From positions 1-40,413 of the IMG/VR virus record IMGVR_UViG_3300011441_000021: a stretch of DNA of 40,413 nucleotides, one strand, 5' to 3'. The translations under genes and the position numbers were made by a program. Positions 8,540-16,768 of this stretch are shown piece by piece. The DNA is from a virus (Duplodnaviria; Caudoviricetes). Every line of letters begins with the position of its first letter. Position 1 is the first letter of the stretch. The notes below the pieces were generated by a model that had not been told where the DNA came from, did no database searches, and was given only the letters and a program-made list of their open reading frames with translations.

Positions 8540-10354
8540 CTAGTCGGTCAGATCGTAGATAATTGCCGTGCGGTTGCCGTCCGCATCAACGGTCGCGACA
8601 ATCCGATCCTTGCTATCCGCCACCGCGTTGCGGATTGTGTTGGTGGCGGTCGCCGCGCCGGAGATTTTGCCGGCGTCGGCCGCAGCCGAAAGCCGCATGG
8701 CTTCGCGAGGCGTTAACCCGACTTCGATCGCGTCGGAGCGATCGAGCAGGGTGTCGGCATTCTCGGTCGCGGTCGGCAGTGCGTCGATGGCGGCCAGGAC
8801 AGCGTCGTCAGCCGTGCCGAGTGCGGTTGCGAGTTCCGCGTTGGTCGGCAAGTCATCCACGCTGGTTTGCGTTGCGCGGCTGGAAATCGTCGCGTTTATA
8901 TTCGTTCCAATGATGAAGCCCGCCGAGCCCGCGCCATAAGCCCCCGGTAGCGCCGTTGTCCATGGATCGCCGGCAGCACCCGCTGCGTTCAATGCCTCCG
9001 CAGTTGACCCAACTGTACCGCTGTGGTCGGCAATGGCTTCCTCCCAGACTTGATCGGCAATCGTTCCGACTGTCAGACCAGTCACAGACCCAACCGAACC
9101 GGACAGGTTGCCAGTGATATTGCCGGTGATGTTCATCGTCTGGTCGGGCAAGTTGATTGCGGTCAATCCAGCGCCGGCCGCTCCGATTTCAGCGGTGTCG
9201 AGCAGGATGTCGTCCACAATGCCGTCGACGGTTGCGAGCGCCGCAGCGGTCGCAAGCCCTGCCTGTAATTCCGTGGTAACGTCAGGGTCGAGCTTGGCAG
9301 CGGTGATGGCATTAGCCGCGAAGCTCGCAGCCGTAATGCCGCCAGCCCCGACAGACCCCACCGCGCCGGTAACACTGCCGACCGCACCAGTCACCGAACC
9401 AACGGCCCCGGTTACGCTACCGACCGAGCCAGACAGATTGCCTGTAATGCTCCCAACAATGTCCATCGTCTGATTTGGCAGATTGATATTCGTCAGGCCT
9501 GCGCCGGCTGCACCGATCTCGGCGGTGTCGGTTTCGATTGCTGCGGTCTGCGCCTTGATCGCGATGATGTCAGCCGCGACATTAGCCCCCGCTGCATCAG
9601 TCACAACTGACTGATAAATCGTGGTGGTATCCGCCCCAGGGTCGCCGATGGCTTGGCCGAACGTGCCACCAGTCTGGTGTCCGGTCGCGTCCTCGTCCCA
9701 AACGGCGTCGGCAATCTCAGCGCCGGCATCTGCGGCCAGCGAGGCCGCCGTGATAACGTTCGCAGCCAGCCCGTTAACGGTCGTGACGTTCGTTGCGGTC
9801 GTTGCGGTCGTGATCGTGCCAGCCGTTATGTTGGTTGTACTAGCAAGGGTGGCGTTGGTCGGGAATGTGACCGTTCCGCCGTTCACCACCGGGTTAGTCT
9901 TGATCGTGTTAACGTCAACCTGTTGCGTGGTGGCGATCGTCGTCCCGGTCAGCGCCAGCGATGTCGTCGGGCTTCCAACGTTCGCCCAGTCCAGTCCAGC
10001 TTCGCCACCCGTCGACACGTCGAGCGTTCTTCCGCTTGTGGTGTCGCGCCTGTAAAGTTCAATCGTGCGCGTGACCGGGGCCATGCCTGCGTGCGTAATG
10101 TGTACGCAGTATTCCTCCGAATCCGAGGATGCCCCAATCGTGGTATCTTCATCCACCAACAGGGCATAAACGCCCGGCATATTAGTGGTGTCAATTTCGG
10201 AAACGGTCGGCGTGGTGTAGGCGACCTCCGCTGCACCGTTGCGCGATCGGTAAACAGTCCACGTAGCGAGCCCGGTTTCGCGGGTTTTAAGATCGGTCGC
10301 GTCAACCGCCACAAAGTAGATACTCTGATCCAGCTTGCCGCTTGGAATTCTCAC
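8540..10354 (-). CDS. Repeat-rich virion fibre/adaptor protein (604 aa)
   Basis: N-terminal Ig-like/BppU-like segment, GSVTGAV repeats, IAD.VW.E repeats, C-terminal RIVATVDADGNR. Confidence 0.8.
   Translation of the reverse strand: MRIPSGKLDQSIYFVAVDATDLKTRETGLATWTVYRSRNGAAEVAYTTPTVSEIDTTNMPGVYALLVDEDTTIGASSDSEEYCVHITHAGMAPVTRTIELYRRDTTSGRTLDVSTGGEAGLDWANVGSPTTSLALTGTTIATTQQVDVNTIKTNPVVNGGTVTFPTNATLASTTNITAGTITTATTATNVTTVNGLAANVITAASLAADAGAEIADAVWDEDATGHQTGGTFGQAIGDPGADTTTIYQSVVTDAAGANVAADIIAIKAQTAAIETDTAEIGAAGAGLTNINLPNQTMDIVGSITGNLSGSVGSVTGAVGSVTGAVGSVTGAVGSVGAGGITAASFAANAITAAKLDPDVTTELQAGLATAAALATVDGIVDDILLDTAEIGAAGAGLTAINLPDQTMNITGNITGNLSGSVGSVTGLTVGTIADQVWEEAIADHSGTVGSTAEALNAAGAAGDPWTTALPGAYGAGSAGFIIGTNINATISSRATQTSVDDLPTNAELATALGTADDAVLAAIDALPTATENADTLLDRSDAIEVGLTPREAMRLSAAADAGKISGAATATNTIRNAVADSKDRIVATVDADGNRTAIIYDLTD
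9075..9535 (-). repeat. Intragenic repeats: duplicated ~40-aa DTAEIGAAGAGLT.INLP.QTM..GSVGSVTG block and a 7-aa GSVTGAV array
   Basis: Visible in the translation. Confidence 0.85.
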
Positions 10355-10512
10355 GAGGAAATGCCTTGTTCAATCGTGTGCAGCGTTTGTGGCACCCGAG
10401 CGCCCTCGCTGGTATCGCCCATTCCAGCCTCAATGTGATGCAGCCCGCCCGGTGTCTGCACAGGCGGCGCTGCCCCGCCAGCAAGCGGTAACGGTTTGAA
10501 GCCCAATGCCAT
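10351..10512 (-). CDS. 53-aa minigene, probable start+end remnant of a fibre-cluster gene
   Basis: ATG 10512 MALGFKPLPLAGG..LHTIEQGISS*; stop overlaps the next GTG. Confidence 0.6.
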   Translation of the reverse strand: MALGFKPLPLAGGAAPPVQTPGGLHHIEAGMGDTSEGARVPQTLHTIEQGISS

Positions 10513-10515
10513 GAT

Positions 10516-11262
10516 TTATACCGTTAAGATTCTGGCGGTCTGTCCAGGCTTGACGTACCAGTACGGCAGCGGAGGGTGTGGGCCGATGGTGACGCCGTTG
10601 GTGTTTGTCCAAGTCTGCCGCGCAACGCCGTGGAACACTTCGCTCGCGTCGTCGCCCTCGCTGGTTGGATGTTTCCAAAAACTGCGATACTCGATGATGT
10701 TCTTGGCGATGTGGGGGACAGAGAACGGCCCGCCGTAAGCGAGTTGACGCACTGTGCTGTCTAACAGTTGCGCCCCGTCTGCTTGAATGTCGCTGTTCGT
10801 CATCCAAAATTCAGCAATTCCTCCGTCGAAGAACCCTGTGGGCGCGGAGTGGTTAAGACAGCCAAACGCCATCACATCAATACCGGTTGGGTTGTCGTTA
10901 ATGGCACCCGCCGCGTGAACGATTTCTCCGGTGTGAAGCTTAACCGCCATGCGGCGGTTGGTGCCCGATATGTACCTTGCGACGATGTAAACCCACTGAT
11001 TTGCTGTGACGGCGGAAACCCCAGCGGTGCCCCCGGTAGGCGAGGCGTCGTCGGTCTGCAGAACGTTCCAGTCGTTTGAGGCGGATTGTGCAATCGTATA
11101 GTAATTGATTGTGCCAGCCGTATCACTCAGACTCCAAAGATACCGCGTCGTCCCGGTCGTTGTCGGATAGGCCCAAAACCCGACCGAGAACGGCGGCCCC
11201 GTAACCGGCGCAACGCTATTGAGAAGCTTTTGACTGCTGGCACTTGCAAAGAACGCCGCCAT
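10516..11262 (-). CDS. LamG/concanavalin A-like lectin domain virion protein
   Basis: FSVGFW, NQWVYIVARY, FFDGGIAEF pattern. Confidence 0.85.
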   Translation of the reverse strand: MAAFFASASSQKLLNSVAPVTGPPFSVGFWAYPTTTGTTRYLWSLSDTAGTINYYTIAQSASNDWNVLQTDDASPTGGTAGVSAVTANQWVYIVARYISGTNRRMAVKLHTGEIVHAAGAINDNPTGIDVMAFGCLNHSAPTGFFDGGIAEFWMTNSDIQADGAQLLDSTVRQLAYGGPFSVPHIAKNIIEYRSFWKHPTSEGDDASEVFHGVARQTWTNTNGVTIGPHPPLPYWYVKPGQTARILTV

Positions 11263-11753
11263 TATGCCGACTCGAATTTCACGGTCGTATAAACCACCTC
11301 ATGGTTTGATCCGGTCGAGTTGAGATTGACGCCGGTGTTGTGCGTCACAAAGATGCCGAACTGAACCGGAATAACACCACCGAACGCCTGAGCAATCGAG
11401 AATGGCCCCCACTTATAGGTGCGGTCGCTGGTGTTCCCAGTTGGGATGATCGTTAGCAGCCGCATCAGGGTCTTTTCGATTGGCGTCAGGCCAGCATCCG
11501 ATCCGGTCGCGGTGCCGCTAAATTCCGTGTCGTCGTAGGACGCATAGCACCAGATTTCGATTTGCCGGGCCGCTGTCGGTGACGTGCCGGTCGTGACCTT
11601 CCCGCCGACCAATACATCAATCGCGTCTAGTGTGTCCTTCTGGTCTAGTGCTGTACTCTCACGCCCCACGTCCAATGACGCAGCCGTGGCCAACGAGGCC
11701 AGCGTGATCGTCATTGCTGTTGGTGTGCCGTAGAGCGGCGTTGCGGTTGTCAT
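11262..11753 (-). CDS. Phage virion beta-sandwich protein
   Basis: ITLASLA..GRES, Thr/Gly rich; coupled to neighbours. Confidence 0.8.
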   Translation of the reverse strand: MTTATPLYGTPTAMTITLASLATAASLDVGRESTALDQKDTLDAIDVLVGGKVTTGTSPTAARQIEIWCYASYDDTEFSGTATGSDAGLTPIEKTLMRLLTIIPTGNTSDRTYKWGPFSIAQAFGGVIPVQFGIFVTHNTGVNLNSTGSNHEVVYTTVKFESA

Positions 11754-12109
11754 GCGACGGAGCGCCCGAACTGCTTGAGCCGGGCCTGCATCGTCATGAC
11801 CGCATCATTGACGGCCTGCGCTGCGCGAATTTCAAGATCGGCCAGCCGCTCAGCGTTGGTCCATGCAGGATCGTCGCCCCACTGGAACGCCGTCTCCATC
11901 ACGGTTCCTGCCGCGACTTGGTTCGCCTCGGCGTTGGTGATCTGCCCGACACCGTTGCCGATGCTCATCTGCGTGACGGAGACATTAGATGCAAGGTTGG
12001 CGGCCACCCACGCCACACCCGCAGAGTTGTTCCCCGCAGGCGTCGGGGAGTGCACGATCACATTGTAGATGTTTGGCCCGGTCTGTTCGCGGATATGCAA
12101 TCTAGCCAT
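11750..12109 (-). CDS. Phage hypothetical protein (fibre cluster)
   Basis: Coupled at both ends. Confidence 0.75.
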   Translation of the reverse strand: MARLHIREQTGPNIYNVIVHSPTPAGNNSAGVAWVAANLASNVSVTQMSIGNGVGQITNAEANQVAAGTVMETAFQWGDDPAWTNAERLADLEIRAAQAVNDAVMTMQARLKQFGRSVA

Positions 12110-12227
12110 CAGTCAGCAGCCTTCCATTTTGTCGCATCAAGGACGGCCATGCGGCGGACTGTCATTTAGCTGCTCGCTGGGAGGTAGAAACGAGTGGCCA
12201 TTATGCGATCTTCCGGCGGATGGTCAT
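12109..12227 (-). other. Three coupled micro-ORFs: MTIRRKIA* (12201-12227), MATRFYLPASS* (12166-12201), MTVRRMAVLDATKWKAAD* (12109-12165)
   Basis: TAATG, TAAATG and TGATG junctions tile the whole gap. Confidence 0.7.
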
Positions 12228-12232
12228 GCTTG

Positions 12233-12604
12233 CTACCCGTGTTTAAGTTGAATTTCCTCGATCACGACCGCTTGGCCCTTTTCGAGCTTGCCGTTCTTGA
12301 GGCCGCCGATTGCTACCTCGGACCCGACCGTCAGACTTGTGTAAACGTCCTCGCGTTTGCCGTTACGCAGGCGCGCTTCCTTTGGAACGCCGCTTAAGAC
12401 AGCGAACGCGCCATATTCGGGAATCCGCAATGTCAGCGTGTCGCCATCGACCGAGCCGCAAGGCTTGGCGAGCGCGATGGCGGCCAGCACTACGCCCATC
12501 CCAGCAGTGCCGATCTCGATCACGCCAGGCGATGACCCCGCATCAATCAAGTCTCGCACCGCCGTCATCCGCATGGACTTGGCGAGCGGTGAATAATCCG
12601 ACAT
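12233..12604 (-). CDS. Phage virion protein (tail/fibre associated)
   Basis: DAGSSPG.IEIGTAGM..LA.I.L..PCGSV motif. Confidence 0.8.
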   Translation of the reverse strand: MSDYSPLAKSMRMTAVRDLIDAGSSPGVIEIGTAGMGVVLAAIALAKPCGSVDGDTLTLRIPEYGAFAVLSGVPKEARLRNGKREDVYTSLTVGSEVAIGGLKNGKLEKGQAVVIEEIQLKHG

Positions 12605-12609
12605 GCGGG

Positions 12610-12873
12610 CTAGTCCTTTGCCTCGACCTCTCGCAGGCCGGTGAATTGGCGGGTGTCGTCGCGGATCACGTCCCATGTGCGCGTGGCACTGCGCTCAACG
12701 ACGCGGGTAATCTCGTTGTGTTCGTTGCGGACGAATTCGACGTGCTTCGGACGCTCATGCGTTGGGGCCGATTGAGGTGGCGGCAGTGGTGCAGCACGGT
12801 GCGCTGTACGCAATTCATCGTTAGCAACAAGCCGAGCGATTGATGCGTGCAGGCTGCCAAGCGGATCGCTCAT
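12610..12873 (-). CDS. Phage hypothetical protein
   Basis: GGAG RBS; clean ORF. Confidence 0.7.
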   Translation of the reverse strand: MSDPLGSLHASIARLVANDELRTAHRAAPLPPPQSAPTHERPKHVEFVRNEHNEITRVVERSATRTWDVIRDDTRQFTGLREVEAKD

Positions 12874-12947
12874 CGGACGATGTTCTCCAAATTCAAACGG
12901 AGCCGCGCGAGCGACCCCGTTGGGTTATTTCAAAAGGCTTTATGGTG

Positions 12948-13238
12948 TTAAGGGCGCTTCGCCAAATATCGCCACCAGATCGTCGCCCAGAACAGTGGCG
13001 CGGACCCGAGCATTCCATAAGCCATGTATGCGTCTAAGATTTCTTTGCGAGAAGTCCCAGCACGCTCGATGAAATAGAGTATCGCAACAACCATCAGAGC
13101 GAGCAAGAAGTGCAGCACGAATGCAGCGAATGCGGCGAACAGCGCAAGCAACACGCGATGTTTTTGGGTAAAGTGTAGCCACCCAGCAAACAAGGATGAT
13201 GCAACCATGATCCAGATCGCGATCTGGGCTGCCATCAT
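12948..13238 (-). CDS. Small 3-TM membrane protein (moron-like)
   Basis: Three hydrophobic helices; ATGA overlap; more AT-rich than flanks. Confidence 0.65.
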   Translation of the reverse strand: MMAAQIAIWIMVASSLFAGWLHFTQKHRVLLALFAAFAAFVLHFLLALMVVAILYFIERAGTSRKEILDAYMAYGMLGSAPLFWATIWWRYLAKRP

Positions 13239-16200
13239 TGTACCAGATTGACCCGAGGCACCCCGCCGGGGATTTTAATCGGCATCTTCATTTCCTGCCG
13301 CTCATGACGGCGCTCGTCAACGTAGTCTGTGAATTCCGGGAACTTCTTCCGGCCCGACTTTGACATGATCTCAGCCTGGGCCAGTTTGCGATATTCCGCG
13401 ATCTGGTTCTTGATAAACGACGCTTTGCCGCCCTCCGGCCCGTCACTATACATCTGATAGACTTGGGATAATTGGTGTTTCCCGGTCACAACCGCGTCGA
13501 GAAAATCCTTGGCTCCAAGCTTCCATGCCGGGTGCTTCAATTCATTACCAGACAGCCGGACATATTCGTCATAGACTTGGGGATACTCCGCAAAATTAAC
13601 ATCAGCACCCATGAATTCGGACTTCTTCGCAATGCGCTTGACGCCGGTTTCTAGCCGGGTGATTTCGGCATCAATCGGGCTTTCCTTGGTCTTCGATACA
13701 GTGGATGGCGAAACAATATCAATGACGCGGCCGTAAACTTCATCGGATTTGCGTACTGTGCCCCACAGGTCACGCGCTGGTGGCAAGCTCTCCGACCAGA
13801 CAGGAATGCGCGCAGCCAACGCATCCATCGGTGAATTTACCTCACGCGTGACTGGATCGACCGCACTCTTGGCGACATTCGCCAGTGACGAGAATGGCAT
13901 CAGACTTCCTGTCTGCCGATTTATGTAGCGCGACACGCCGCCTTCGCCCTTCTCGGCACCGTGAACCATATCTAGAAATTCAGTCACACCGCGGAAATAG
14001 GTTTTATCGACAACAGACTGTGAGACGCCTGCTATCATGGATGCGACAATCGCCTGCGCTGTGTCGTAGTCGCCGGGCGACAGGTCTTTGGCTTTGATGG
14101 TTTCCGACAGGGTCGCCGCCATGCCCATTAACATACCGACCGGATCCAGCCGATTATATGCGTAATACTTTCCATCGACATAGACGCTCCACGGCTTCCA
14201 GCCGGTTCGCATTAGAGCTTCTCTTTCTCCAGCGTCAGTCGGCCCCGGACCAGTAACAAGACCGGACGCCGCCATGTCGGTGGCGACTGCGATAGTGGCT
14301 GTTCCGGTCGCCATTCTTGACAACGCGAGATCACGCCGCGCGCCGCCCGCCGCGATGTCCTCGCGCCATTGGCCGACCAATGGAGCAAGCGGCGAGTGCT
14401 CGAACGAATAGCGAAGAATGTTGGCGGGCGTTCGTACAAACGGAAGGATAAGGAAGGTCGGGTTGAGGCTGCCGCTGTTGCGCATCGCCATCAGTGCCTG
14501 CGCCCACTCTCCCGGTCGGTTGGTGAATGTCGAATAGAGCGCGGCATCCGCTGCCGCAATCCGTAGGTTCTCCGGTGGATCGTTGACTATTTCCGCCATG
14601 CGGCGGAACTTGTCAGGACCGGAGCGCCCCTCCTGCGTCGCCATGCGGAGCGATTGCGCGTGCAGTTCTCCGCGGTAAGCAATCGTCTTAAAAAACTCGT
14701 CCTCGGCGCCAAGCAGCCGGCCCGGTACGGCCGTCGCATTTCCCATAAAATCAATCGTGCGGCCCATCGCGGTTTGGGCAAACTGGTCCGCCTCGACAAT
14801 GGACATACCTCGTTCGCGGGCCACGGTCGCAGAACTGATGGCCTTATCAAACGGTAGATCAATCTTGCCTAAGCTCGATCCTGTTTCCCCGGTGCGCAGC
14901 GCCCGCGCACTCAACCGAAAAGCATCCTTCAGCGACGTGATCATTCCATAGGCCATCGCAATGGCCTCACCATCAACAACGCGGGCATCCGCCGCACTGC
15001 CGAGAAAGTCACCCACCTTGGAAGCCAGACTGCGTTCATACACCTGTTGAAATGCAACAGCCAGGTTCGAGATAGAGTTTGCAAGGTGGGTTTTCGGCGA
15101 CCATAGCAAACCCAAAACAAAGGATTCCTTTACGGCATCCATGCTGGTCGCAGTCCAGCCCCTGCGGACAACGGCTGCCATTGCAGCGGGGTCAACACCC
15201 TGCGCGCCGAGCGAAGCCATGCGGCGGGCCAGTCCAGCCGTGACCTCCGCGCCGCCCGCTGCATCCATCAATAATTGCACCTGACGGGCCATCTCGACCT
15301 TGCCAGTCCCTGCCGGGATGGACCACGCCTGTAGGGCGCGGGCTGTCTCAGTACGAGCGGCGATCACCTCCGATTGGATTGCGTGATGCACGGCCATCAT
15401 TCGGCGGAAATTGAACTGATCTGCCAGCCCGGCGTTCGGGTCGGCGGCCTTTCTTGCAGCGTCGAGCAGCTTGTCCGCACTGGTGTTGAGCAAGCGACGA
15501 GCGGCTAAGGATTCCTCGGCATTCATCGGCTGGCCGTGGCGGCGGGCCAGCAAGTCTTCAGATGTCATGCCGAGTTGGTCGGCCAGTTTTGCGGTCTGCT
15601 CGTTCGACTGTACACCGCGGCGCGCCTTGTTAATGTCGCCCTTGAAGGCATCCGCCATGTCGCGGATGACGGATTTCACATCATCGGCGGTGTTGATCCT
15701 GCCGAAGTTGATGAAGACATCGGGCCCCTTGGTGACAGCCGCCTCTCCGGTCAAGCCTGCCGGCGCATCGCTCTCCCTCAGAACCCGCGACAGCCCGGCC
15801 TTGGCAGCATGATCGTCTGCCGAACCAGCAAGACCCTTGGCTGCCACGTCACCAGGCACACCCAGTTCCGTAGCGTTGATCGCGTCTTGTAGTTTCTTGC
15901 CCGTGACCACCGCAGGGCCTTCGCCGCCCGCCAGTATGTCGGATCGGCTCATGTCGCCATAAAGTTGCTTCTGTGCCTCGATCTCAGGAACGGCCCTTCG
16001 CGCGTTTGCCAGCAACCGAATGCCACGGAAAATGCCCTCGGCAGCCAGGCCGAAGCCAGCGCCCTCGACTGCGTGTTTAAGGCGCTTTAATGCCTGCGGA
16101 TCATCCGGATCGGTGGCCATATACTGCGTCACTGGATTACGCAGGGCCGGGACGGACTCAATCAGATTGGAGATACCGGCATCGTTGGGGTCCATCGTAG

Positions 16201-16768
16201 CGAAGTCCGCCGCCCCGCCAGCGGCCACCACGCCAGGAATGCCACCGCCCAACATGCGCGCAGCCGGAATGAACCCGGTCAGGAATCTTGAGCCATCGCG
16301 GATAATGTGGCCGGTAACGGTAGATTGCTCCTTGACCTTTTCCGGCAGCACATCAGCCAATGCTGACAATGGCCTGCGGATGATCTTGTCTGCGGTCGCA
16401 TTCCCCGTGCTTGGCACCTGGACTGCGCCGCCGCGATTCTCGGTCAGCCAGTCCGCGAGATCGCGCGCCCCGGTGATGGTATTGCGTACAGCGTCATTGA
16501 CGCCACCGACAACGGCTGGCGCGCCTTCGACGATCACGCCATAGCCTATGTCGCCCGCCGCCGACCCGATGTGCTCCCAGATCGATTTTGACGGCGTTAC
16601 TGTGATTTTCAGCGGGGCTGAACCGGATTGCGCCGCAGGTGCAGCCGTTGTCTCTGATGGCGTGCTGCGCTGCTGCACGCGGCGGCGAAAATCCTCAATC
16701 GAGGCGTCGGCGGAACGGTTCTCCGCATAGGCCATGTACGGCTGCGCCAGATCGTTATCGCTTTCCAC
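13235..16768 (-). CDS. Large internal virion/DNA ejection protein (~1180 aa)
   Basis: Size and position after the other internal proteins; PFVRTPAN, Y.RLDP and RDLWG motifs; start uncertain (GTG 16768 or ATG 16735). Confidence 0.85.
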   Translation of the reverse strand: MESDNDLAQPYMAYAENRSADASIEDFRRRVQQRSTPSETTAAPAAQSGSAPLKITVTPSKSIWEHIGSAAGDIGYGVIVEGAPAVVGGVNDAVRNTITGARDLADWLTENRGGAVQVPSTGNATADKIIRRPLSALADVLPEKVKEQSTVTGHIIRDGSRFLTGFIPAARMLGGGIPGVVAAGGAADFATMDPNDAGISNLIESVPALRNPVTQYMATDPDDPQALKRLKHAVEGAGFGLAAEGIFRGIRLLANARRAVPEIEAQKQLYGDMSRSDILAGGEGPAVVTGKKLQDAINATELGVPGDVAAKGLAGSADDHAAKAGLSRVLRESDAPAGLTGEAAVTKGPDVFINFGRINTADDVKSVIRDMADAFKGDINKARRGVQSNEQTAKLADQLGMTSEDLLARRHGQPMNAEESLAARRLLNTSADKLLDAARKAADPNAGLADQFNFRRMMAVHHAIQSEVIAARTETARALQAWSIPAGTGKVEMARQVQLLMDAAGGAEVTAGLARRMASLGAQGVDPAAMAAVVRRGWTATSMDAVKESFVLGLLWSPKTHLANSISNLAVAFQQVYERSLASKVGDFLGSAADARVVDGEAIAMAYGMITSLKDAFRLSARALRTGETGSSLGKIDLPFDKAISSATVARERGMSIVEADQFAQTAMGRTIDFMGNATAVPGRLLGAEDEFFKTIAYRGELHAQSLRMATQEGRSGPDKFRRMAEIVNDPPENLRIAAADAALYSTFTNRPGEWAQALMAMRNSGSLNPTFLILPFVRTPANILRYSFEHSPLAPLVGQWREDIAAGGARRDLALSRMATGTATIAVATDMAASGLVTGPGPTDAGEREALMRTGWKPWSVYVDGKYYAYNRLDPVGMLMGMAATLSETIKAKDLSPGDYDTAQAIVASMIAGVSQSVVDKTYFRGVTEFLDMVHGAEKGEGGVSRYINRQTGSLMPFSSLANVAKSAVDPVTREVNSPMDALAARIPVWSESLPPARDLWGTVRKSDEVYGRVIDIVSPSTVSKTKESPIDAEITRLETGVKRIAKKSEFMGADVNFAEYPQVYDEYVRLSGNELKHPAWKLGAKDFLDAVVTGKHQLSQVYQMYSDGPEGGKASFIKNQIAEYRKLAQAEIMSKSGRKKFPEFTDYVDERRHERQEMKMPIKIPGGVPRVNLVQ

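Noticed and set aside
9340-9440. 21-bp periodic repeats as a possible CRISPR array or DGR repeat
   Set aside because: Degenerate at third codon positions, so they are protein repeats; no spacers and no cas or reverse transcriptase gene in the window.
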